A stretch of DNA of 64,000 bases from a virus (IMGVR_UViG_3300008267_008434), one strand, 5' to 3'. Shown: positions 47,248 through 56,146, counted from the first letter of the stretch. Translations and numbers: made by a program. Notes: generated from the sequence alone by a model not told the origin.

Positions 47248-47281
47248 CAAACCCCACTTCAAATAAGAGTGGGGTTTTTTG
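47248..47281 (+). terminator. Rho-independent terminator
   Basis: aaaccccact-loop-agtggggttt followed by tttt. Confidence 0.65.
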
Positions 47282-47301
47282 TTTAATCAGATATTTATTA
47301 A

Positions 47302-47309
47302 TAAATTTG
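47302..47309 (+). promoter_or_regulatory. -7 box TAaaTTTG, 4 nt before the ATG
   Basis: taaatttg-taaa-ATG. Confidence 0.45.
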
Positions 47310-47313
47310 TAAA

Positions 47314-47610
47314 ATGAAAAAAGTAATAAGACTAACCGAATCAGACTTGACAAGAATAATCCAAAGGGTTATTACCGAATCCAAAAAGAAACAAAGTAAA
47401 TCTGAAATATTAAAGATGTCAAAAGAAGAATTGGAAGATGTTTATGGTGAATTGGAAATAAAGGGTGAATACCATGGAAAAAAAGGAACATTCCACCATT
47501 TTAAAAAAGCTATGTTTGATGTTGTTTGTAGTTTTAGAACTGACGATACAACACCATCAGGTTTAAAAAGAAATACAAAAGGAATTAAAGTTAAAAATTT
47601 AGATATTTAA
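47314..47610 (+). CDS. Small basic protein, leader-motif paralog 1 (MKKVIRLTESDLTRIIQRVI)
   Basis: 98 aa, Lys-rich. Shares the N-terminal ~20 aa (and ~45 nt) with the next two genes and with the gene at 31860. Confidence 0.55.
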   Translation: MKKVIRLTESDLTRIIQRVITESKKKQSKSEILKMSKEELEDVYGELEIKGEYHGKKGTFHHFKKAMFDVVCSFRTDDTTPSGLKRNTKGIKVKNLDI

Positions 47611-47614
47611 TGTT

Positions 47615-47947
47615 ATGAAAAAAGTAATAAGATTAACCGAATCAGATTTAACAAGGATTGTTAAACGAGTGATCAATGAAAATAAGAAAAAACCATCAAA
47701 TGAAAAAATTGAGGATGTGTTAAAAAAACTTATGGATGATTACATTGGTGAGGATGAATGGAAAGGTGGTTATAAAGAATCGTCAGATAAACCATATGAC
47801 AGATTTATGGTTAGTTTTAAACAATCGGGGGATGACACCGAAGAGATTGCTGAAGAAATCATTGAGAAACTAAATAATAAATTTGAAAGTAACTTATTTA
47901 AACTTGGTAACGCAAGTAAAAACTCATTTTGGTTTTATATAAAATAA
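47615..47947 (+). CDS. Small protein, leader-motif paralog 2 (MKKVIRLTESDLTRIVKRVI)
   Basis: 110 aa. Tandem paralog. Confidence 0.55.
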   Translation: MKKVIRLTESDLTRIVKRVINENKKKPSNEKIEDVLKKLMDDYIGEDEWKGGYKESSDKPYDRFMVSFKQSGDDTEEIAEEIIEKLNNKFESNLFKLGNASKNSFWFYIK

Positions 47948-47951
47948 TGAT

Positions 47952-48299
47952 ATGAAAAAAATAATTAAACTAACCGAATCAGACTTGACAAGAATTGTTA
48001 ATCGTGTGATTAAAGAAAATGAATCTAAATCTGATTTATTAGACTTAACCGTTTTTCAGTTGAGAAAAAAATTGGGTTTACCTAGTGGGTGTAAGATTGA
48101 GATTAAAAAGGGTGATGTTTCAGGAAAGAAACTTAAATATACTAAATATGTTAAATACATTATTACTCAATTACCGTCACCTGTTGACGGTAATCGTGAA
48201 AAAATAATGGATAAAATAGAATCATTAGAATCTAAAGATATTAATTCTCATGCATCACCCAATTTTGGAAAGGGAGTGACTTGGATTATTAAATACTAA
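47952..48299 (+). CDS. Small basic protein, leader-motif paralog 3 (MKKIIKLTESDLTRIVNRVI)
   Basis: 115 aa. Tandem paralog. Confidence 0.55.
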   Translation: MKKIIKLTESDLTRIVNRVIKENESKSDLLDLTVFQLRKKLGLPSGCKIEIKKGDVSGKKLKYTKYVKYIITQLPSPVDGNREKIMDKIESLESKDINSHASPNFGKGVTWIIKY

Positions 48300-48323
48300 A
48301 AGTATAACATATAAAAAATATTT

Positions 48324-48357
48324 AACCTCCCTTCAGAAATGTTGGGAGGTTTTTTGT
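48324..48357 (+). terminator. Rho-independent terminator
   Basis: aacctccc-loop-gggaggtt followed by ttttgtttt. Confidence 0.65.
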
Positions 48358-48376
48358 TTTATTAAAAAGTAATTTG

Positions 48377-48384
48377 TATATTTG
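48377..48384 (+). promoter_or_regulatory. -7 box TAtaTTTG, 4 nt before the ATG
   Basis: tatatttg-tgtt-ATG. Confidence 0.45.
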
Positions 48385-48388
48385 TGTT

Positions 48389-48589
48389 ATGAAAAAACCC
48401 TGTAAAGAATGTCCTCATATCGTCCGTAATCGTCATAATGATATGATTGTTGATTTTGCTGAGAGAACCGGTAAGAAACACAATTGTCATATGACGGAAG
48501 GAAAAAAAGATTTGTGGAATGTAACGGATAAAAAATTGTATAAATGTGGGAGGACATTGGAAATTGTTATCTTACTTCCCAACCCTTGA
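48389..48589 (+). CDS. Small Cys/His-rich (zinc-binding) protein
   Basis: 'CKECPH...HNCH...CG' cluster. Confidence 0.4.
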   Translation: MKKPCKECPHIVRNRHNDMIVDFAERTGKKHNCHMTEGKKDLWNVTDKKLYKCGRTLEIVILLPNP

Positions 48590-48636
48590 AGAGGCGAAAA
48601 AAATTCTTAAAAAAAGAATTGATAATGTAAAATAAT

Positions 48637-48729
48637 ATGGAACTACTAATTTTAATAGGATTTATAGGATTTTGTTTAGGTAATATATTTCAAATACTGA
48701 TAAGAGATTATTATTTTAAACGCAAATGA
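48637..48729 (+). CDS. Tiny 30-aa hydrophobic peptide with basic C-terminus (MELLILIGFIGFCLGNIFQILIRDYYFKRK)
   Basis: Unlisted ORF in an otherwise non-coding gap. Single TM. Confidence 0.2.
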   Translation: MELLILIGFIGFCLGNIFQILIRDYYFKRK

Positions 48730-48814
48730 AATTTTTTAAATATTTCATATAACGTCCGATGATCAACAATCGTTTTAATGTTGTTTATTTTTTGTCATAT
48801 TAAAAAATAATTCT

Positions 48815-48822
48815 TATATTTG
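48815..48822 (+). promoter_or_regulatory. -7 box TAtaTTTG, 4 nt before the ATG; TTG at 48792
   Basis: tatatttg-tggt-ATG. Confidence 0.45.
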
Positions 48823-48826
48823 TGGT

Positions 48827-49030
48827 ATGGAAAAAACGACAGATAAAAACGGAAGGGACATCAAAGTGGGTGACTATGTTAAGGTAGTTAATAGAATTAC
48901 AGGATCTGTAGAAGATTCTGGTGTGATTACCAAAATTGAAGGTAGACAAGTTCATCTTGGTGTTGAATCTGTAAATGGTGTGTCATTTGATAACATTTAT
49001 TTAAGAGGGGATGTAATTAAACAATATTAA
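48827..49030 (+). CDS. Hypothetical small protein
   Basis: 67-aa ORF. Confidence 0.4.
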   Translation: MEKTTDKNGRDIKVGDYVKVVNRITGSVEDSGVITKIEGRQVHLGVESVNGVSFDNIYLRGDVIKQY

Positions 49031-49034
49031 TGTT

Positions 49035-49361
49035 ATGGAAACAATAGATAATACAAAATTGAGCACCGATAAGTTAAAGGTGTTTGTTGATAGATTGAAC
49101 AAGATTGGTATTGAAGTTAAACTTTCAGGAAATTTCCCGTGGATTTATATTAATGAGATATGTGGTATAAGAGTAACTGAAAAGTTTGAAGCAAATCACG
49201 GATTTACTGTGATGTTTCTTCCAGGTAGAAATGACTCACCACCATCCGAGTTTACAGATATCACCGAGATATTCAAATTGATTAGAAAATATAATAGAGA
49301 GTCTCTTTTAAGAAAAATAATGGAAGATGATCAAAAAAACGGATTGTATGAAACTGAATGA
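49035..49361 (+). CDS. Hypothetical protein
   Basis: 108-aa ORF. Confidence 0.4.
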   Translation: METIDNTKLSTDKLKVFVDRLNKIGIEVKLSGNFPWIYINEICGIRVTEKFEANHGFTVMFLPGRNDSPPSEFTDITEIFKLIRKYNRESLLRKIMEDDQKNGLYETE

Positions 49362-49737
49362 ATTAAGGGTGGGTAGTATTGTTACCCACCCACTATTTGG
49401 AACACCAACAGAAGTTAGAGCAATCGCATTTAACGGACTATACATAGGAACGGAAGATGGATTACCGATACACATTGATGACTTCAAACCCGTTGAGATA
49501 ACTGAAAAAATACTAGACTTACTTCATTTTGTTGAAATGTCAGATACCGCACCTGGTATTGGTGAATTTCATTGGTGGGAAACTGAAAGTATTACACTAA
49601 CACACCTTTATAAAGGTTTATATGGAATTCAGGGTTTTAGTGATATTAAACCTATGAGATATGTTCACCAACTACAAAATGCTTGTTTTGTCATTGATGG
49701 TGAAGATTTGAACACAACAGATTTGTTAATGATGTAA
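49327..49737 (+). CDS. Hypothetical protein (start uncertain)
   Basis: 136-aa ORF. An internal Met at 49348 is possible. Confidence 0.4.
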   Translation: MIKKTDCMKLNELRVGSIVTHPLFGTPTEVRAIAFNGLYIGTEDGLPIHIDDFKPVEITEKILDLLHFVEMSDTAPGIGEFHWWETESITLTHLYKGLYGIQGFSDIKPMRYVHQLQNACFVIDGEDLNTTDLLMM

Positions 49738-49739
49738 TT

Positions 49740-50066
49740 TTAGAATCTTTTATTATGATAAAATTTGTATAACTGTTTAATCGTGTCCTCAAGCATATCA
49801 GAAACTTCTGTCACAAAGTCTATTTCCTCTTGTTCTGGTAAATCCTCCCACCCAAGTTCATAATTATTCCACATAATTGATTCTACCGCTCTTAAAGTTA
49901 AGTCATATTTAAAACCTCTATAACTTTCAGTTTCGTAATACACTTGTTGTGCATTAATTGAAAGTAACTTCTTAACCTCATCTAAATCAATTCTTCTACG
50001 GAAGAACTTTGTTTCATTCAATAATTCTTCCCTCAATATTCTTCTTATGTTTTCTTGTAGGTTCAT
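49740..50066 (-). CDS. Leader-motif paralog (MNLQENIRRILREEL)
   Basis: 108 aa, minus strand. N-terminus near-identical to the next gene. Confidence 0.5.
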   Translation of the reverse strand: MNLQENIRRILREELLNETKFFRRRIDLDEVKKLLSINAQQVYYETESYRGFKYDLTLRAVESIMWNNYELGWEDLPEQEEIDFVTEVSDMLEDTIKQLYKFYHNKRF

Positions 50067-50068
50067 AT

Positions 50069-50518
50069 TTAATATTTTATTATTTCATAATTTTCTAAAT
50101 CCAAGTTTTTCAAGGTAATCTCTTTTTCATAATTAAAAGTTAAATTTTGAATTATTGTTTGATCTAAATTAATATTTGATTTGTGTGTTTTTATTCTGAT
50201 TATTTTAGCGTTATCATTTATTTTAACATCGGATAAAAACAACCAATCCGTATCGTAAAATAAATATTCATCAGAGGTTCTTATCCAATGTATATTTTTA
50301 TCCTTTTTAAATTCCCCAATAATATTAACTAATCTACTCAATTCAATATATTCAGGTATATTCATCAAACCACCATCATTAAAATCTTTATTAAACAGAT
50401 TATCCCAATTGTCATCAAACCCTTCCATGTTACCATGAAAATTAATATATTCTTTTTTATATTTATCTTTTATGGTTTCTTCCCTTAATATTCTTCTTAT
50501 GGATTCTTGTAGGTTCAT
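50069..50518 (-). CDS. Leader-motif paralog (MNLQESIRRILREET)
   Basis: Start at the internal Met (50518), 15 nt downstream of a minus-strand TAttTTTG box at 50534-50541. Confidence 0.5.
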   Translation of the reverse strand: MNLQESIRRILREETIKDKYKKEYINFHGNMEGFDDNWDNLFNKDFNDGGLMNIPEYIELSRLVNIIGEFKKDKNIHWIRTSDEYLFYDTDWLFLSDVKINDNAKIIRIKTHKSNINLDQTIIQNLTFNYEKEITLKNLDLENYEIIKY

Positions 50519-50564
50519 ATTAAAATAAATATCCAAAAATATTGTTTGGTAAATATAAAATGAT

Positions 50565-50572
50565 TACTTTTG
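50565..50572 (+). promoter_or_regulatory. -7 box TActTTTG, 4 nt before the ATG, in a divergent promoter region
   Basis: tacttttg-taaa-ATG. Confidence 0.45.
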
Positions 50573-50576
50573 TAAA

Positions 50577-51113
50577 ATGAAAATGGACTTAACTAAACTT
50601 ACAATGGACGAACTTATTTCTTTAAGAAATAAAATTGAAGGACTTATTCATTCATATGATGATGGGTATTTGTATATCTGTTCTGTTCGTCAGTTCGGTA
50701 GTGTGTGGGAAGAAAGACCAAGTAGTTTACATTCTTTAAAAGAACTTTGTGGTGAATACAATGGAGACAATGGTATTGTTGATGTATATACCAACAACCC
50801 AAATTTGAAATTCCCTGAGATGGATTTTTATAATTATGGTGATGTTATGTATATCAAATCCGAAGATGATTATAGACAATGGAATAAGTACAATAAGGAT
50901 AAAAACCTAATTGAGGATGTAACACAACGACTTGAAGATTGGGAAAATAAAGACAATGTTCCGTTTAGTTACCGTCCACATTTTGCTCCATTTTGGACAA
51001 GAGAAGAATTGAATGAATGGATCACAGAGTTTGAAAACACTGTTTGGGATTTCACCCCACCAGTTTCAATGAAAGTAGATGAATATTATGATGATGAAAA
51101 TGAACAAGATTGA
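50577..51113 (+). CDS. Hypothetical acidic protein
   Basis: 178-aa ORF. Confidence 0.45.
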   Translation: MKMDLTKLTMDELISLRNKIEGLIHSYDDGYLYICSVRQFGSVWEERPSSLHSLKELCGEYNGDNGIVDVYTNNPNLKFPEMDFYNYGDVMYIKSEDDYRQWNKYNKDKNLIEDVTQRLEDWENKDNVPFSYRPHFAPFWTREELNEWITEFENTVWDFTPPVSMKVDEYYDDENEQD

Positions 51114-51705
51114 TAACATAGATTTAATAAAACCATTATTGAATTTTTCACATTATGGTGACTTCTATATGTTATATGTATTTAAACGAAAGAAGGATCA
51201 ACCGGAAGGTGAAAGGGATAATCACCAATCAGTAAGAACAATTAAAACTTATTGTATTGAGTCCATCCCATATTTGGAAAAAAGATATGATGAGATTAAA
51301 CAACTTTGTGAAATGTTTAAGGCTCGTGCATATATCCATGTCCAAAAACAAAACCACAAAGATGTGTCATTAAATATGTTGGCAATACTTGCCGAACGGA
51401 TTAGAGACGGTGTATCAAACCAAAAAGGTTTATTTGATTCAGTTGTTGGGCAAATTAAAACTCAAGAGAAACGGTGGATTGTGGATATTGACGTAACCGA
51501 TTTTCATGCCGTTACTGAACTATCACAATTTATTAATTATCTTAAACCTGAAGGTAAAAAAATTGAAGCGGTTATACCAACAAAGAATGGGTGGCATTTG
51601 ATAACTGGTAAGTTTGATGTTAAGACTTTCAAGGAGAGATTTCCTGATATAGACATCGCTAAAAAAAACCCAACATTATTGTATTATCCTGAAAGTTTGG
51701 GGTAG
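51079..51705 (+). CDS. Hypothetical protein with AEP/prim-pol-like motifs
   Basis: 'WIVDIDVTD' (DxD) and 'TKNGWHLIT' (sGxGxH) resemble archaeo-eukaryotic primase motifs I and II. Start may be the Met at 51100. Confidence 0.35.
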   Translation: MNIMMMKMNKIDNIDLIKPLLNFSHYGDFYMLYVFKRKKDQPEGERDNHQSVRTIKTYCIESIPYLEKRYDEIKQLCEMFKARAYIHVQKQNHKDVSLNMLAILAERIRDGVSNQKGLFDSVVGQIKTQEKRWIVDIDVTDFHAVTELSQFINYLKPEGKKIEAVIPTKNGWHLITGKFDVKTFKERFPDIDIAKKNPTLLYYPESLG

Positions 51706-51729
51706 TGTTGTGGTATAAAAAAATTATTA

Positions 51730-51737
51730 ATATATTT
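51730..51737 (+). promoter_or_regulatory. -7 box TAtaTTTG, 5 nt before the ATG
   Basis: tatatttg-tcaaa-ATG. Confidence 0.45.
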
Positions 51738-51742
51738 GTCAA

Positions 51743-52004
51743 AATGGAAGTAGAAAAATTTGAACAAGCAAAAAAAGTTAAAGAAGATCTTGATAGATTG
51801 GAAAGACAGAAGTATAAATTAGAATCTGCGCTTAAATCTTGTGGTTTGAGTGTCACGATTGGATTTACACACTCTGGAGGTTTCAACGGAAAAGGTGAGG
51901 TTAGTTTCTATAACAAAGAGATTATTAAAGAAATGATAACCAAAGAACTTGAGAGGTTGAATGAAGAAATAGATTTGGTAAAAGAAGAATTTGAAAAATT
52001 GTAA
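51743..52004 (+). CDS. Small coiled-coil protein
   Basis: Start at MEVEKFEQ after the promoter box. Confidence 0.4.
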
Positions 52005-52107
52005 AAAAAGAAAATATGATAGTGTATCTTGTAGGAGGAATTTGTATGGGTGTAATGTTGAGACCATATGTGGATAAATTAATAACAAATTATGTTAATA
52101 GAAAATA

Positions 52108-53238
52108 ATGGAAAATCAAAATAGCGTAGCATATGTTGGAAAAATAGGTTCAGTAGTTGAAATACCAAATGCTGACAACATAGAACTTGTACTTGTTGGT
52201 GGATGGCAGGCGATAACCAAAAAAGGTGAATACCAAGAAGGAGATAAAGTTGTTGTTGCAACCACTGATGCGGTAATACCACAAGCATTGTCTGACTTGA
52301 TGGAAGTGACTAACTACCTTCGTAAAGGACAACGAGTTAGAACCGTAAAACTTCGTGGATTTTATTCCGAATGTTTGTTAATACCATTCAAGTACTTGGC
52401 ACCAAAATCATTGGTGAACAATGTTAATGAAGGTGATGATATGATGGAAATACTTGGAATAACCAAATACGAACCACCGGTTAAAATGGTTACTTTGGGT
52501 GGAGGTAAGAAAGTTAGATACCACCAAAATCCAAACTTCCATATCTATCACAAATTCCCAAACATGAAGAATGTTCCTGATATGTTCACCGAAGAAGATG
52601 AGGTTGTTATCACCCGTAAAATACACGGAACTAATGCCAGATTTGGAATAGTTAGAAAGAAAAAACTTTCTTTGTGGGATAGAGTGAAAAAGTTCTTCGG
52701 TAATGAGTGGGTTGAGTTTGAATATGTGTATGGTTCTCATAATGTGGAGAAAGGATCTGATTCTCAAGGATTCTACGATACTGATGTGTGGAGAGAAGTT
52801 GCCAACAAATATGACATACGAAAAAAACTTTGGGATCATGTTAAGGATACATATTACCCTGAATCTTTGGAACAAGGACTTACTATCTATGGGGAAATCT
52901 ATGGTAAAGGAATCCAAAAAAACTATGAATATGGTTTGGAGGAAATAAAGTTTGTTGGTTTTGATGTTGAAGTTGATGGTGTTTATCAACCACACCTTGA
53001 AGAAACCGTTCATTTTGATTGTTTGGAACTCCCACAAGTTGAAGTATTATATGAAGGAACTTGGAGTAAAGAAGAACAAGATAAATATGTCTTCGGTAAT
53101 TTTATAAAAGGAACCAAAGTTCCTCACGAAGGTATCGTTGTTAAATCTGTGACTGGTGATCGTCATAAAGTTGCAAAGGTTATCAATCCTGATTATTTAA
53201 TATATGGGGAGAAAAATAATGTTGGTGACTCCCATTGA
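52108..53238 (+). CDS. ATP-dependent RNA ligase (Rnl2-like nucleotidyltransferase)
   Basis: Motif I 'RKIHGTN' (KxHGT), motif IV 'HEGIVVKS', motif V 'KVAKVIN'. Confidence 0.6.
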   Translation: MENQNSVAYVGKIGSVVEIPNADNIELVLVGGWQAITKKGEYQEGDKVVVATTDAVIPQALSDLMEVTNYLRKGQRVRTVKLRGFYSECLLIPFKYLAPKSLVNNVNEGDDMMEILGITKYEPPVKMVTLGGGKKVRYHQNPNFHIYHKFPNMKNVPDMFTEEDEVVITRKIHGTNARFGIVRKKKLSLWDRVKKFFGNEWVEFEYVYGSHNVEKGSDSQGFYDTDVWREVANKYDIRKKLWDHVKDTYYPESLEQGLTIYGEIYGKGIQKNYEYGLEEIKFVGFDVEVDGVYQPHLEETVHFDCLELPQVEVLYEGTWSKEEQDKYVFGNFIKGTKVPHEGIVVKSVTGDRHKVAKVINPDYLIYGEKNNVGDSH

Positions 53239-53277
53239 TGGAGTCATCATTTTTTCATATAATTAAAAAAAGAAATT

Positions 53278-53544
53278 ATGAGTAGTGTTAGAGTTTATGT
53301 GGACCTTGATGATGTCTACGATGAGATGGATAGAAGTGACAAAAGAACTATGGCTCAGTGGTTACACGATGACGGCATATTAGAATCACACCCAAATCCT
53401 GAAATAAGAAAAGTTGTTAGAGGTGATATAGAATCTCAAGGAGAAAAAGAATTAAGAGATAACCTCACAAAACTATGGAACAATTATTACCTACTAACAA
53501 ACGAAGAAGAAGAATTAATTAAAAAACTTTCAAGTAGATTTTAA
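53278..53544 (+). CDS. Hypothetical small protein
   Basis: 88-aa ORF. Confidence 0.4.
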   Translation: MSSVRVYVDLDDVYDEMDRSDKRTMAQWLHDDGILESHPNPEIRKVVRGDIESQGEKELRDNLTKLWNNYYLLTNEEEELIKKLSSRF

Positions 53545-53545
53545 T

Positions 53546-53965
53546 ATGAGACATCACGCAAATTTCTTCATTAACCGACTTGCAACTGAATGGTTAAAAA
53601 ATGGTAAATTGATTATTGGTTGTGATCTTGATGACACAATAATTCCATATAATGAAGAATTAAAAGAACATTGTCAAAAAGTTGTTGACTTGATTTTGGA
53701 ATGTCAAAAAGAAGGTATTATATTTTTAATTAATACTGCAAGAAGTGAACGACAATTGGAAACCGCAAAAGAACAAGTTGAAAAGTTGGGTATTGAAGTT
53801 CATGGGGTAAATCAAATGCATCCTGAGTGGGATAAACCATATGGGATGAATGGTAAGATATATGCAAACATATTCCTTGATGATAGAGGTGGAATAAAAA
53901 GTACATATTGGGATTTAAGTGAGGTTTTATCAATAGTAAAAAGAGAAAGAAGAAATGAAAAATAG
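53546..53965 (+). CDS. HAD-superfamily phosphatase (small)
   Basis: 'IIGCDLDDTII' DxDxT motif I, with 'INTARS' as a motif II-like Thr/Ser. Confidence 0.5.
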   Translation: MRHHANFFINRLATEWLKNGKLIIGCDLDDTIIPYNEELKEHCQKVVDLILECQKEGIIFLINTARSERQLETAKEQVEKLGIEVHGVNQMHPEWDKPYGMNGKIYANIFLDDRGGIKSTYWDLSEVLSIVKRERRNEK

Positions 53966-54200
53966 AATAGAAACAAGACAAATTATTTTTGGTGTGTATG
54001 AAAAAGGACACGGATGTGATTCATATGTGGGTTATTTTAAATTTGAAAATGATGCAAAAAAAGAACTCAAATCTCAGATGAATCGACTTAAAGAAGAATA
54101 TGGGACTTCAGATCTTGAGTTGAAAAACGATAGAGTTGTTAAGGTTGATGGTAGAACAGAAGAAATATTTTTTATTATTCATCCAATTGTATTAAGATAA
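53955..54200 (+). CDS. Hypothetical small protein
   Basis: 81-aa ORF. Confidence 0.35.
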   Translation: MKNRIETRQIIFGVYEKGHGCDSYVGYFKFENDAKKELKSQMNRLKEEYGTSDLELKNDRVVKVDGRTEEIFFIIHPIVLR

Positions 54201-54204
54201 AATT

Positions 54205-55179
54205 ATGGGACTAAAACATTTAAAAGAACAGAATCCTGATTTGAATATCAATTTAATTGATTTGATTTCCAAATTGGATCCGACTAAAACAAAAAAGTTA
54301 ACACCTTTATTAATTAAGATGTTAAAAGATGGTATTGAAATTCGTAAAAATGATATGTATTGGGGCGGGAATGAAAATGACTCACCAACAGTAAAAATAA
54401 TTAAAGAATTACCCGATTCAAAAATGACACTTTTGAATTGGTTGTGTGTAAATTATTTCAATGTGGAAAATTTGGATAAACTTCCCCTATTTACAGAATA
54501 TCTTGAAAGAGGATTGGTGGAAAATACGGACATATCAACATATAAAGATTTCAACGACATAATTAGGGAAGTTGGAAAGGCAGCAACTAAAGAGATGTTG
54601 AAAAAATCCAAAAAGGATATTATGATTGTTCACGACGACGATGAATGGTTATTCTTTAAACCATTAACTCACGATGCTGCGATTACATATGGGTTTGGAA
54701 CAAAGTGGTGTACATCAATGAAGAACGATGGTGAGTACTTCTATAGATATTCGGCACAAGGAGTTTTGATTTATGTAATAAATAAAAAGACAAACAGAAA
54801 GTTTGGTATTCATAGTAATAATGAGGTTAAAATTGGTATATATGATGAAGTTGATAATCATATTGATTCATTTGAAACTGGTTTACCTAATGAATTGATT
54901 AAAAAACTTTTTGAGTGGTTGGATGTTAAAACTAATCATACTAATTATGACTTGTTCTCACCTGAAGAAAAAATTAAGAGTCGTAAACATTATTTCAATG
55001 GGAAAGACGAAATTATAGAACTAACCGAACAAACTATGGATGAACTTCCAATTCCTGTTGAGGATATGATGATGGAAGAGCCAAGATTGGTACCAAGAAT
55101 GGCACCAAGGTTAGTACCGATGACTATACCAATGAGAAATTATCCTGCAATTTTAAGAGATTTTGACGATTTACCATAA
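54205..55179 (+). CDS. WC[TS]-domain protein (paralogous domain with the 25800..27644 gene)
   Basis: 'IMIVHDDDEWLFFKPLTHDAAITYGFGTKWCTSMKNDGEYFYRYSAQGVLIYVINKK' aligns with the middle of the LRR protein. Confidence 0.45.
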   Translation: MGLKHLKEQNPDLNINLIDLISKLDPTKTKKLTPLLIKMLKDGIEIRKNDMYWGGNENDSPTVKIIKELPDSKMTLLNWLCVNYFNVENLDKLPLFTEYLERGLVENTDISTYKDFNDIIREVGKAATKEMLKKSKKDIMIVHDDDEWLFFKPLTHDAAITYGFGTKWCTSMKNDGEYFYRYSAQGVLIYVINKKTNRKFGIHSNNEVKIGIYDEVDNHIDSFETGLPNELIKKLFEWLDVKTNHTNYDLFSPEEKIKSRKHYFNGKDEIIELTEQTMDELPIPVEDMMMEEPRLVPRMAPRLVPMTIPMRNYPAILRDFDDLP

Positions 55180-55208
55180 ATAAATTTGTTTTAATTAAAG
55201 TCTTTTAC

Positions 55209-55216
55209 TATATTTG
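55209..55216 (+). promoter_or_regulatory. -7 box TAtaTTTG, 4 nt before the GTG start
   Basis: tatatttg-caaa-GTG. Confidence 0.4.
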
Positions 55217-55220
55217 CAAA

Positions 55221-55427
55221 GTGAGATTGGGTAAAAGAAAATATAGGATGGTTCTTGATGAACGAAACAAAAGATTCATAATTGAAAAAAAAGTGGATCT
55301 TTTGTTTATTAAATATTGGAGTAGAAGATATCTACGAAACAATAATGATACTTTTTACCATACTGAAGAACATACTTTGGCAAGAAAGATTGTTAACATA
55401 TTGAATGGGAATGAACATCTTATTTAA
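55221..55427 (+). CDS. Small basic protein (GTG start)
   Basis: 68-aa ORF. Confidence 0.35.
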   Translation: MRLGKRKYRMVLDERNKRFIIEKKVDLLFIKYWSRRYLRNNNDTFYHTEEHTLARKIVNILNGNEHLI

Positions 55428-55499
55428 AAATAAAATTTTAGTTTACTATTGACACAATAAAATAAAAAACCTAAACTTTCACTTATAAAAAATAAAGTT

Positions 55500-55934
55500 A
55501 TGACAATTAAACAAGCGTTAAAAGCAAAAAATAAACTCGTCAAAAGTATTGGTGAGAATACAAAATTAATGCAACAGTACAACTCTGTTGAAGTAGGTAA
55601 CCAACGACCATATAGCACGGAAGTATTATTCAACCAAATCAGTAAAGACACTTTAGAGTTGGCTGAATTAAAATCTAAAATCCATAAGGCAAACACTCCG
55701 GTGTTGGGGGACATTTTTTATATGTCAGAATTGAAGTCAATGATTCAGGCTCTTAAGAAAATGGATTGTACCGAAGGTAAATCAAACAAAGATAGATACC
55801 GAATGGAGAGTGAATTGGTGATGACATCTGAAATTTCATTGGTAACAAGAAATGAAATGGTTAAGTCAATGGAGGATAGAATTGAGAACATCCAAGATAA
55901 GTTGGATATTTTCAATGCAACCACTGAGATTTAA
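55500..55934 (+). CDS. Hypothetical protein
   Basis: 144-aa ORF. Confidence 0.45.
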   Translation: MTIKQALKAKNKLVKSIGENTKLMQQYNSVEVGNQRPYSTEVLFNQISKDTLELAELKSKIHKANTPVLGDIFYMSELKSMIQALKKMDCTEGKSNKDRYRMESELVMTSEISLVTRNEMVKSMEDRIENIQDKLDIFNATTEI

Positions 55935-56116
55935 TATGGTTTGGGGATAAGGTTAAAAGTATTGGTTTTTCTAACTATACGATCGGCTGATTTGATAATT
56001 GATTATGATATAGAAATAGTCCACTAAAATTGAACATTCAAATACTCAACCTGCATTTTATTAAAGCTTAAAACTCTTTTTTTGACCTATTTTAATCTTT
56101 GAAACAAACTATATAA

Positions 56117-56146
56117 AACCCCCAATGTAAGTTGGGGGTTTGTTTT
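56117..56146 (+). terminator. Rho-independent terminator
   Basis: aacccccaa-tgtaag-ttgggggtt followed by tgttttat. Confidence 0.6.
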
